DNA of 22,682 bases from Leptospiraceae bacterium. Its GTDB lineage: Bacteria > Spirochaetota > Leptospiria > Leptospirales > Leptospiraceae. The notes beneath the pieces are model-generated. The model had not been told where the DNA came from and searched no databases. It saw nothing but the letters and a program-made list of their open reading frames with translations. Positions 1 to 7,620 of the stretch are shown piece after piece; within the stretch, counting starts at the first letter, position 1; every line of letters starts with the position of its first letter. The translations under genes were made by a program, and so were the position numbers. The DNA lies in contig DAORJX010000044.1 in the NCBI GenBank assembly GCA_035439285.1, positions 1 to 22,682 of the forward strand, written 5' to 3'.

Positions 1-3
1 GTA

Positions 4-234
4 TCAAGAACGATTTTTTGCATTCATTCTCACTGCTTTAACTTCTGCGCTAATTTCGTCCATCGTCATTGTTGATAGTCCGACTCTTTTTGCTATTTCA
101 TGACACTGATAAGCAGCCTGTCTAGCTAATTCAATGCTTATTTTGTCTAGTAATTCTTTGAAATCAATTTTCTCTGAATTGATACCAAATCGCTCGAATT
201 CATTTTCGGAAATGGAAACTGTAATCGTCTTCAT
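4..234 (-). CDS. Small 76-aa protein, possibly a ribbon-helix-helix (CopG/antitoxin-like) DNA-binding protein
   Basis: Complete ORF. The N-terminus MKTITVSISENEFERF has the beta-strand-then-helix pattern typical of RHH proteins (compare K-x-V-T-V-S-L-P-x-E-L-L-E-E-L). The size fits an antitoxin or small regulator. No partner gene is visible inside the window; one may lie beyond the left edge. Assignment is by weak pattern only. Confidence 0.3.
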   Translation of the reverse strand: MKTITVSISENEFERFGINSEKIDFKELLDKISIELARQAAYQCHEIAKRVGLSTMTMDEISAEVKAVRMNAKNRS

Positions 235-480
235 GAGAATAGTTTTTCCTTCTAATTAGAAAAACTCAAGTAAAAAAATATTTTGAATGTTTAAATTAAA
301 TAAGATCAATTTATGCAGTTGAATATTTAAACTCTAGAGCCAAAAAAGGAAGCAAGCAAAAACTAAAAAAAATTTTAGCAAAAGCTCCTGATAGAGAACC
401 ATTTGACTTGGATAAGTAGGTAGAATGATTAAGCTTCTTTATTCAAACGTTGCCATTAAGGATAATTTATATTATGCGCT

Positions 481-1161
481 TTATTTCTTCGAAATCGCAT
501 TTACAATATCGTTTGCAATTTCAGGGAACATTCTTTGAACGATTTCGATTTCATTTTGGAACTGTATCGTATCTTGATTAAATTGTGTTTGTCTACGGGT
601 AGCAATGTCTTCGTAAGTTTTCTCAAATAATATTCGTTTAGATTTAGTTTCAAATAATTTTACTTTTAGCTTTAATTCATTTTCTAAGTTACCACTTGGT
701 AATCCAGAACCATACAAATAAAAAGATAGGAAACTTACACCGTATGCTGTAACAGTCTTTATCTCTTTTGCGAAAAGAATTTCTGCTTCAATTTTAAAAT
801 CTGATTCTTTGTTGTAATAAGATGTATTTAATATGATCTCCTTAAAAAGTTGCAGAGATTTTAATTCATTTCTTAGAGCGCGAGCAAGATCAGAATCAAA
901 GGTTTCTTTCTTTTCATATTTGTTTGGGCGTTCGTCTTCAAATGTTTGCCAAAGAACTAAAGGAATTAAGTAGTATGAGAAAAAATTAGATTTATTTTTT
1001 AGTGAGCGTAAATCCTTAAACGGTAAAATACCAATTGATTTTTCAATTTTAACTTTAGGCTCAGGTCTAGCAGGTGGGACATAGAAGAAAAATGTATCAG
1101 GTTCCCTTAAACTACATTGAAGCAAAACAACGATTAGCCCTAAAAGTATTTTATTTTTCAA
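481..1161 (-). CDS. Hypothetical lipoprotein (signal peptide with lipobox-like LLQC)
   Basis: N-terminus MKNKILLGLIVVLLQC has a basic n-region, a hydrophobic core and Cys at position 16. The rest is hydrophilic and Lys/Glu-rich. No recognisable catalytic motif. Confidence 0.55.
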   Translation of the reverse strand: MKNKILLGLIVVLLQCSLREPDTFFFYVPPARPEPKVKIEKSIGILPFKDLRSLKNKSNFFSYYLIPLVLWQTFEDERPNKYEKKETFDSDLARALRNELKSLQLFKEIILNTSYYNKESDFKIEAEILFAKEIKTVTAYGVSFLSFYLYGSGLPSGNLENELKLKVKLFETKSKRILFEKTYEDIATRRQTQFNQDTIQFQNEIEIVQRMFPEIANDIVNAISKK

Positions 1162-1189
1162 ACAGTTCTCCTAAAGATATAGAATACAT

Positions 1190-1399
1190 TTAACTCCATT
1201 TTAATTCTAATTTCTTTTTACTTGTGGCGCATTCGTATAAATACAAATTTATAAGATTTTGATAAGGAATTCCTGTATCTCCAGCTACTTCTTTAAAATA
1301 CTTAATTGTATTCTCATCAATTCTAATAGTAATTTGTTTTTTTAATTTACTTGTGTAAGGATTCTTTTTTGAGTTAGTAAAATCATATTCTTTTCTCAT
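1190..1399 (-). CDS. brnA: BrnA antitoxin (CopG/RHH-like) of BrnT/BrnA type II toxin-antitoxin system
   Basis: 69 aa. The motif KKQITIRIDENTIKYFKE...GIPYQNLINLYL matches the BrnA family signature K-K-x-I-T-I-R-(L/I)-D-E-D-(V/T)-(L/I)-x-(W/Y)-F-K...G-Y-Q-(T/N)-L-I-N. It lies 5 bp downstream of the brnT-like ORF, in the canonical toxin-first order. Confidence 0.75.
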   Translation of the reverse strand: MRKEYDFTNSKKNPYTSKLKKQITIRIDENTIKYFKEVAGDTGIPYQNLINLYLYECATSKKKLELKWS

Positions 1400-1404
1400 A
1401 TTTA

Positions 1405-1692
1405 TTACTCTCCTTTATTATATTTATTATTTTCTTTTTTTGTAGCTTTTCTTGCTGATATAATCCTGATTATTCCGACCTTTTCCAAAAAAGTGTGACT
1501 AACAACGAGAAGGTTTAAATTAAAGCTCATCCCAAGTAAAATAAACCTTTCCTCATTTTGAGAATGGTCTGGATCAGGGATTAATCTCGCTCTTTCGTCA
1601 TAAAAAACAGTCTCTGCTTCTTCAAAGGAAATTTTATGCTTTTTTTTGTTTATAGCATTCTTCTTATTATCCCATGAAAAATTTAAAGTCAT
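1405..1692 (-). CDS. brnT: BrnT ribonuclease toxin (DUF497 family)
   Basis: 95 aa. F-x-WD-x-x-K-x-x-x-N-x-x-KH-x-I-x-F-E-E-A-x-x-V-F-x-D, then HS-x-x-EERF-x-LLG and LLVVSHT...IRIISARKATKKE-x-x-x-Y all match conserved BrnT blocks. Confidence 0.8.
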   Translation of the reverse strand: MTLNFSWDNKKNAINKKKHKISFEEAETVFYDERARLIPDPDHSQNEERFILLGMSFNLNLLVVSHTFLEKVGIIRIISARKATKKENNKYNKGE

Positions 1693-1810
1693 AAGTATTA
1701 TATAATTACAAAATAATTATATTGTCAACTACAATCCCACCTCTGCGCCTCTCTGCTTTAGTGGCAACACACACTCGATAAGATAAATTTAAAGCAAATA
1801 TACACCAGGT

Positions 1811-1907
1811 AGCAGTTCCTGTTGCAGTCCACGTTGCAGTTCAACTATACTCCTGAAATTTTAAGACTAACGATATACTGCAAGATGAACCGCAACAAGG
1901 ACTGCAA
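1811..1907. repeat. Symmetric array of six GCRGTYC-like heptamers at exact 12-bp phasing (3 direct + 3 inverted), iteron/operator-like
   Basis: Direct copies: gcagttc 1812-1818, gcagtcc 1824-1830, gcagttc 1836-1842. Inverted copies (given as reverse complement): gcagtat 1875-1881, gcggttc 1887-1893, gcagtcc 1899-1905. The 22-nt arms 1822-1843 and 1886-1907 are 19/22 reverse-complementary. The array sits in the 316-bp gap between divergent brnT (start 1692) and the + strand operon starting at 2009. Confidence 0.6.
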
Positions 1908-1962
1908 TTTGATATATCCGATATACGAAAGAAGATATAGTATACCCCCTACCGTATAAGGC

Positions 1963-1991
1963 TTGACAAAGAAAAGATTCTTTTTAAGTTA
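1963..1991 (+). promoter_or_regulatory. Candidate sigma70-like promoter for the 2009-3053 operon
   Basis: TTGACA at 1963-1968, a 16-nt spacer, then TAAGTT (TAnnnT) at 1985-1990. An AGGAG ribosome-binding site at 1998-2002 sits 6 nt before the ATG at 2009. The -10 element is weak; sequence inspection only. Confidence 0.3.
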
Positions 1992-2008
1992 GGCAATAGG
2001 AGATTTGA

Positions 2009-2245
2009 ATGAAATATCTATCGTTCTTAGACAAAATAACGTATACAAACCTTATCATTGGAGCAGTTCTCATGGGACTCGCACCTTTTGTTCCAATGCC
2101 TCATTCGATTGAAAAGATTTTACTCTTAGTCAAAGGTGAGCTTACAAAACCAATTGATATCTTTGATTTACTTTTTCATTTGAGTCCTCTTATTATCATT
2201 GGATTAAAGTTTTATTATTCTAAGAACAAAGTGGAAGTAAAATAA
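2009..2245 (+). CDS. Small (78 aa) two-helix membrane protein, translationally coupled to the downstream desaturase
   Basis: Hydrophobic segments LIIGAVLMGLAPFV and LLFHLSPLIIIGL. AGGAG ribosome-binding site upstream. Its stop TAA (2243-2245) lies 1 nt before the ATG of the next gene. Confidence 0.5.
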   Translation: MKYLSFLDKITYTNLIIGAVLMGLAPFVPMPHSIEKILLLVKGELTKPIDIFDLLFHLSPLIIIGLKFYYSKNKVEVK

Positions 2246-2246
2246 A

Positions 2247-3053
2247 ATGGAAACTTGGATACTACAGAAAGAAGTTTATTTTAGACTTGGAATTTTCTTC
2301 GGACTTTTTTTACTCTTTGCACTCTGGGAAGTTATATTTCCAGATCACAAGTCTCCGTATTCTAAGACGACTAGATGGAGTTCGAATCTGGGTCTTGTCT
2401 TATTAAACAATTTAATCGTTCGAGTTTTATTTCCTGTAACCGCTATCGGCTTAGCAGAGTTTGCCGCTACTAGACAGTTTGGATTTTTAAGACTTCTAAA
2501 CCCGGGAGACTGGATATATATTCTGGTTGGTTTAGTCTTTTTAGATTTTGTAATCTATCTTCAACATGTTTTGTTTCACGCTATTCCTGTTTTGTGGAAG
2601 TTACACCAAATGCACCATGCTGATTTGGAGTTGGATGTTACCAGTGGAACTCGGTTTCATCCGATTGAAATTATTATTTCTATGTTGATTAAATGGTCAG
2701 CCATTTTACTTTCAGGAGTTTCCCCGTTTACTGTCCTTCTGTTTGAAGTAATTCTAAATGGAATGGCTATGTTTAATCACAGTAATATTTTTATTCCTGC
2801 TGCGCTCGATAGAGTTTTACGGTATATAGTGATTACCCCTTCACTTCATAGAATTCATCATTCCGTCTTAGTTTCTGAATACAATATGAATTATGGATTT
2901 AATCTTTCCATTTGGGATAGACTTCTTGGAACTTTAAGAAATGAGGCTAAGGGAAGTTTAACGCTTGGGCTTCCTGTTTTTAGAGATGCAAAGTATTTGA
3001 GACTTGACTGGATGCTACGAATTCCATTTTTAAAACCAACAGAAAAGAGTTAA
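2247..3053 (+). CDS. Sterol desaturase / fatty-acid hydroxylase superfamily membrane protein
   Basis: Three histidine boxes with the spacing typical of the family: HVLFH (HxxxH), HQMHH (HxxHH) and HRIHH (HxxHH). Multiple transmembrane segments in the N-terminal half. Confidence 0.85.
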   Translation: METWILQKEVYFRLGIFFGLFLLFALWEVIFPDHKSPYSKTTRWSSNLGLVLLNNLIVRVLFPVTAIGLAEFAATRQFGFLRLLNPGDWIYILVGLVFLDFVIYLQHVLFHAIPVLWKLHQMHHADLELDVTSGTRFHPIEIIISMLIKWSAILLSGVSPFTVLLFEVILNGMAMFNHSNIFIPAALDRVLRYIVITPSLHRIHHSVLVSEYNMNYGFNLSIWDRLLGTLRNEAKGSLTLGLPVFRDAKYLRLDWMLRIPFLKPTEKS

Positions 3054-3057
3054 TGTT

Positions 3058-3741
3058 TTATAAGTTAAGTGCTGCTTTTGCTTTTGCACTATAATCGACT
3101 GTCATAGTTTCAAATTTTGCAGAGAAAGCTATGCACATGATGCAGAAGTTAATCATATTTTCGTAATAAGGATGAAAGGTTAAGTTTAAATATCCTTCGC
3201 TGTGAATTTTTCGAATATTTACAAATCCTTTTCCGCGACCATTGATGGCTTCTGACTCGGTTATCGCCAAATTGATATTAGTCAGAGTAATCTTATATAG
3301 CTGTTCCACTTGAGGATTCCATTTTTTTAAAAGCCTACCGGCGGATAACAAATGAGAAAAAATTTCGTTCTTCAATACTGAATTCACAGGATCAAATAGA
3401 TCGTTAGATTCAAATTTTTTGTAGCAACTCGCTAGTATACTCAAATTGCCTTGAATTTTTTTTAACTGTTGTCTATATAATTCTAAAAATCTAAGAATGC
3501 TTAAAAATGTAGAAGGTCTTCTATCAAATTTTAATTTTTTTATTTTTCCAGTCGGAGTGCTAAACGTCTCTAAGTCTTGCGGTTTAATTTCAAATGGATC
3601 GTTTACAAAAAATTTCTCTAAGAATTCATTCATCGCAATTTCATATTTTTGCGGAATTGGACATTCCAATTTTAGAATACGACTATCCGGCGCGTCTTTG
3701 TTCACATCTAATAGGTGTTTAAAAATTTCATCGAATTCCAT
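3058..3741 (-). CDS. Hypothetical protein (227 aa), no recognisable domain
   Basis: Long ORF in the same orientation as the upstream hybrid HK, 105 bp downstream of it. Soluble, no signal peptide, no motif I can assign. Confidence 0.5.
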   Translation of the reverse strand: MEFDEIFKHLLDVNKDAPDSRILKLECPIPQKYEIAMNEFLEKFFVNDPFEIKPQDLETFSTPTGKIKKLKFDRRPSTFLSILRFLELYRQQLKKIQGNLSILASCYKKFESNDLFDPVNSVLKNEIFSHLLSAGRLLKKWNPQVEQLYKITLTNINLAITESEAINGRGKGFVNIRKIHSEGYLNLTFHPYYENMINFCIMCIAFSAKFETMTVDYSAKAKAALNL

Positions 3742-3846
3742 AGAGTAAACGCATTGTATATTTTCTTAGGTTCATGTCATTCATTTTTAAGAATAATTGA
3801 TTTTATGAAGGTATTTTTTGGGTCTAAAAAAATATGCATTTTGCAA

Positions 3847-6231
3847 CTACAATATACGAGTTGGTAGTATTTTAATGATTTCGGTCAGTAAATCTCTTTT
3901 GCTCATAGGTTTTCGAATGAATCCGTTGCAGTATTTTTTAATTTCTTCTTCTGCGTCTTTCATCACATAAGCAGTGAGTGCTATAATTGGAATGTCTTTT
4001 AAGTTTTCCGCTTCTTTGATCATTCGACTTGCATCGAGTCCATCTAAAATTGGCATTCGAATATCCATTAGTATGATATCTGGCTTTAAATCACGAGCAA
4101 GTTCAAATGCTCTTTTTCCGTCCGAAGCTTCAAAGAATTCAATTTCATATTCGCTTAAAAAATCTTTTACCAGATTACGGTTGTAATCCACATCATCTGC
4201 AATTAGAAGAGAAAATTTTGGCAATCCTAAACTGGCATTATTTATATCTTCTTCTTTTAAATTTTCATTCATTATCTGAATGTCCGGCAAATGAAGAGTA
4301 AACGTTGTGCCGACTCCCACTTTACTCTGCAAATCAATCTTTCCTTTCATCATCTCTGCCAATTTACAAGAAATTGTTAGTCCGAGTCCTGTTCCTCCGA
4401 ACTTGCTTATATTCTGATCTAATTGTTGATAGAAAGCCTCAAAAATTTTTTCTTGTTCCGCGTCCGTTATTCCAATTCCAGTGTCTTCTATAGCTATCAT
4501 CAAATCCATCTTGTTCGGATTATTGCGATTAAACACAGAATTCACTTTTACAGTTACAGATCCCGACTCTGTAAACTTAATTGCATTTCCGATAAGATTG
4601 GAAAGAATTTGCCTAAGACGAAGTTCATCTACCAAAATTATTTTTGGAAAATTTCCGGAGATTACAAATATTAATTCAACATTCTTTTCAGTAGATTTTA
4701 AATTAAAAATTTCTTGTAACTCACTCAAAACACTATGCATCAATACAGGAGAGTTTTTGATCTCCATCTTCCCTGCTTCAATTTTTGATAAATCTAAAAT
4801 ATCATTGATGAGGTTTAATAGGTTTTTGCCGCTGCTCATGATTCCATCTAGATATCTCCGTGCTTTTCCCTCTTTGATTTCATTCTTCAATAGCTCAGAA
4901 AATCCAAGGATTGCATTCATCGGGGTTCTTATTTCATGTGTCATATCGGCAAGAAATTCACTCTTTGCTAATGTTGCAATCTCAGCGTGCTCTTTTGCTT
5001 TTATTAATTCATTCTCGAATTCTTTTGTGCGGGTAATGTCTGTTATTACACCTACTATGTATTTGTCTCCAGCCTCATCTACGTAAAGACGTTTTCGAGT
5101 GAGAATAGTTTTTCTTTGATGAAAGGAATCTGTGAACGACTCTTCATTTACAACATCTTCTTCGTCAATGAGGACTTTATTATCATTGAACCAAAAAATT
5201 TCAGCCTCTTCTTTTGGAAAGAAATCATAATCTGATTTGCCCAGCAATTCTTCCCGTTTGAACCCGACGAAGCTACAAAATGCATCATTTAATAAAATCC
5301 AATTGTGTAGTATATCTTTCACAAAGACGGGACTAGCGATTGCATTGATGATGCTATCTAAAAAATTTCTTACTCCTAAAAGTCTTTGTTCATAGTATTT
5401 TTTTTCACTAATGTCTTTGCTATTAGAAGAATAACCTATTGGCTCGCCCTGGTCGTTTGTTATGAGTGAAACTGTCAGAAGTGTCTGAATATTACTTCCA
5501 TCTTTTTTTCTTTGTATCAATTCTCCCGACCAACCACCTTTGTTTAGGATTGATTCAATGATCTCAGGCGTTTGTATTGTATCACGAGAATTGAAAATGT
5601 CTACATTAAGTCCTATTAATTCGGGCTCTTCATATCCGTAAAGCGCATAAGCAGAAGTATTCGCATAACGCACTATTCCGTGCATGTCTGCAAATACAAC
5701 TGCTTCCCAATTGTTTTTGAGAATATGCTTATAGATTTTTAATTCTTCTTCTCGATTTTTTCGCTCTGTAATGTCTTGGGTTAATCCGAGGAATCTTATC
5801 GGCTTATTGTCATTATACTCTATGCTGCCTTCACTTAATACATATTTAATCTTTTCATCGGGCATGAGGAGTCTATATTCAATGGAAAAAATTCTTTTTA
5901 ATTTTATGGCTTCTCTCAATTTCTTGCGCACTCCAGTCAAATCATCTTTGTGCACAAAACTTAGATATGCCTCTACGCTAGAAGAAAATTCATTTTCATT
6001 TCTTTCTAGAATTTGATAAATTTCAGAAGACCATTCAATTTTTTTGGAAGCGACATCTAGATTGAAAGTAGCAATCTTACCAATTTTAAGAGCATGAGAA
6101 AGAAGATATTCTTTTTGTGCAAATTTATTATTAATCTCTGCTTCACAGTCAATGAGAGTTTGCATTAAGACTTCAGTGTCTTTCTCACCTTTAGCAAGCT
6201 TTGCAATTTTTTGAAAAAGTTCTCTCGTCAT
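3847..6231 (-). CDS. Cytoplasmic hybrid sensor histidine kinase / response regulator (three PAS-like domains + HisKA + HATPase_c + REC)
   Basis: H-box HEIRTPMNAILGFSELL. N-box LRQILSNLIGNAIKFT. G-boxes IEDTGIGI and GGTGLGLTI. C-terminal receiver LLIADDVDYNRN...DIILMDIRMPILDG...KP. The N-terminal ~440 aa hold repeated PAS-type segments and no TM helix. Confidence 0.9.
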   Translation of the reverse strand: MTRELFQKIAKLAKGEKDTEVLMQTLIDCEAEINNKFAQKEYLLSHALKIGKIATFNLDVASKKIEWSSEIYQILERNENEFSSSVEAYLSFVHKDDLTGVRKKLREAIKLKRIFSIEYRLLMPDEKIKYVLSEGSIEYNDNKPIRFLGLTQDITERKNREEELKIYKHILKNNWEAVVFADMHGIVRYANTSAYALYGYEEPELIGLNVDIFNSRDTIQTPEIIESILNKGGWSGELIQRKKDGSNIQTLLTVSLITNDQGEPIGYSSNSKDISEKKYYEQRLLGVRNFLDSIINAIASPVFVKDILHNWILLNDAFCSFVGFKREELLGKSDYDFFPKEEAEIFWFNDNKVLIDEEDVVNEESFTDSFHQRKTILTRKRLYVDEAGDKYIVGVITDITRTKEFENELIKAKEHAEIATLAKSEFLADMTHEIRTPMNAILGFSELLKNEIKEGKARRYLDGIMSSGKNLLNLINDILDLSKIEAGKMEIKNSPVLMHSVLSELQEIFNLKSTEKNVELIFVISGNFPKIILVDELRLRQILSNLIGNAIKFTESGSVTVKVNSVFNRNNPNKMDLMIAIEDTGIGITDAEQEKIFEAFYQQLDQNISKFGGTGLGLTISCKLAEMMKGKIDLQSKVGVGTTFTLHLPDIQIMNENLKEEDINNASLGLPKFSLLIADDVDYNRNLVKDFLSEYEIEFFEASDGKRAFELARDLKPDIILMDIRMPILDGLDASRMIKEAENLKDIPIIALTAYVMKDAEEEIKKYCNGFIRKPMSKRDLLTEIIKILPTRIL

Positions 6232-6239
6232 GGATTTAA

Positions 6240-6605
6240 TTATTTGTTTATTAGAATATCTTTTGGAATAGAAATTAATCGCTTCTTATACGATTTTTTA
6301 TAAGATTTTTTAAACTTTGAATGACAGGTTTTGCAGGACGAAAGATACTTTCCTGAGCTAAGTGCATCGGAAGTTATCTTTTCCCAAACCTCTTTGTCTT
6401 CTGGAATTGCAAAGCTCGGCATTGCCTCTAGCATTTTCTTCAAAGGTTCTTTATCGCCTTTCTTGAATTTTTTCTCTGCCAATTCCACATGATCTTCCAT
6501 AAAGTCATGCATTTTCATCTCCACAAATTCTCCTTCTTGGGAGAATAGCCACCCCGCCGAAAGGCAGGTTATCGTAAAACTAATACTTAAATAGAATCTT
6601 CTCAT
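6240..6605 (-). CDS. Secreted CXXCH protein, cytochrome c'-/class II cytochrome c-like (putative heme sensor/carrier)
   Basis: Signal peptide MRRFYLSISFTITCLSAGWLFS. A mostly helical ~100-aa mature region with a single CKTCH motif near the C-terminus, as in class II cytochromes c. Only 8 bp upstream of the hybrid HK. Rests on one motif. Confidence 0.4.
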   Translation of the reverse strand: MRRFYLSISFTITCLSAGWLFSQEGEFVEMKMHDFMEDHVELAEKKFKKGDKEPLKKMLEAMPSFAIPEDKEVWEKITSDALSSGKYLSSCKTCHSKFKKSYKKSYKKRLISIPKDILINK

Positions 6606-6684
6606 AAGGCGAGTTTAACACAGTATTTATTTTTTAAAACGTTTTTTTATTGCTAGAATAAATTAGGCGAAAACTAATAAATCT

Positions 6685-7620
6685 ATGCCTGCATTAAAGT
6701 CAGTTCGAAAGAAAATTAACAAAGTTTTGAGTAATAATGAAATAGCACTCGCCATAGCAGGTGGAGGATGCAAAGCACTTTATGGTTTAGGAGTTGGATA
6801 TAAACTTAGAAGTTGGGGGTTAAAGATAAAAGAAATTTCCGGCGTGAGCGCAGGCTCTGCCATAGGGCTCATGATTTTGTCGGGTAGAGAGGAAGCGGGA
6901 ATCGAATACTTTGAACAACTACTCAAACGAAACAAAAGTAATTTTTGGCCTCATCACCTTCTCATGGGCAAACGACCATTTCCCCACGAGAATATGTATC
7001 GACGAACATTACGTTATGCGATAGACTTCGAGAAAATAGGAAAGAGTAGGGTGAAGATTTTTATCTTAGCTGTAAAAGCATTTCCCCGAAAAGGAAACTT
7101 GCATAATTATTGGAAGAAATTGCTTCTCATTCCAAAGACCATGAGAGCAGTTCTACTAGACGATAAAGACAAAGAGAAAGGACTCCCCTGTCATAGAGTA
7201 GACAATATTGTAAAGGAATGGAATCTAAAAGAAGTAATCTTCACAAATAAAGACTTTCAGTATCCGGCTATTACCGAGCAGATAATCATGAATTCCTCCT
7301 CCATTCCACCGGTGCTTAGTTTTCAGAGAATCAATGAAGAATATTACTTGGACGGAGGGCTAACAAACAATTTGCTCCTTGAATCTTTTTCTAATACGAG
7401 AAAAAAGATTGGAATCTATTACGAAGATACAACACTGTATGGGAAGTCAGAAGAAGTAATGAAAAATACATATTTCATAAAGCCAGATGGGAAGTTGCCC
7501 ATTCATACGTTTGATTATACAAATGCAATAGGTGCTCGAGAAGCCTATGAACTCGGGAAAAAAGATGCGGAGGAACAAAAAGAAAAAATCTTTTCTTTTT
7601 TGAATTCTAAATATGAGTAA
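6685..7620 (+). CDS. Patatin-like phospholipase family protein
   Basis: Oxyanion Gly-rich loop GGGCKALYGLGV, catalytic GxSxG (GVSAGSA), and the Asp of the dyad in LDGGLTNN (DGG motif). Confidence 0.85.
   Translation: MPALKSVRKKINKVLSNNEIALAIAGGGCKALYGLGVGYKLRSWGLKIKEISGVSAGSAIGLMILSGREEAGIEYFEQLLKRNKSNFWPHHLLMGKRPFPHENMYRRTLRYAIDFEKIGKSRVKIFILAVKAFPRKGNLHNYWKKLLLIPKTMRAVLLDDKDKEKGLPCHRVDNIVKEWNLKEVIFTNKDFQYPAITEQIIMNSSSIPPVLSFQRINEEYYLDGGLTNNLLLESFSNTRKKIGIYYEDTTLYGKSEEVMKNTYFIKPDGKLPIHTFDYTNAIGAREAYELGKKDAEEQKEKIFSFLNSKYE

Noticed and set aside
1693-1740. Minus-strand TTGACA-N17/18-TATATA promoter-like element directly upstream of brnT
   Set aside because: Its -10 element ends only ~5 nt before the brnT ATG. 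That would require a leaderless transcript starting inside the ORF. It may be real (leaderless mRNA), but I cannot support it confidently.
3497-5086. Several + strand ORFs (3497-3748, 3974-4186, 4107-4301, 4305-4493, 4423-4674, 4481-5086) plus 5771-6016
   Set aside because: All lie antisense inside the long, well-supported minus-strand genes (hypothetical 3058-3741 and hybrid HK 3847-6231). They are low-complexity Ser/Leu/Phe-rich shadow ORFs typical of AT-rich DNA.
6291-6320. Short tandem gattttttataa / gattttttaaac repeat
   Set aside because: It lies inside the cytochrome-like ORF and encodes the KKSYKKSYKK tail. It is simple codon-level duplication, not a regulatory repeat.
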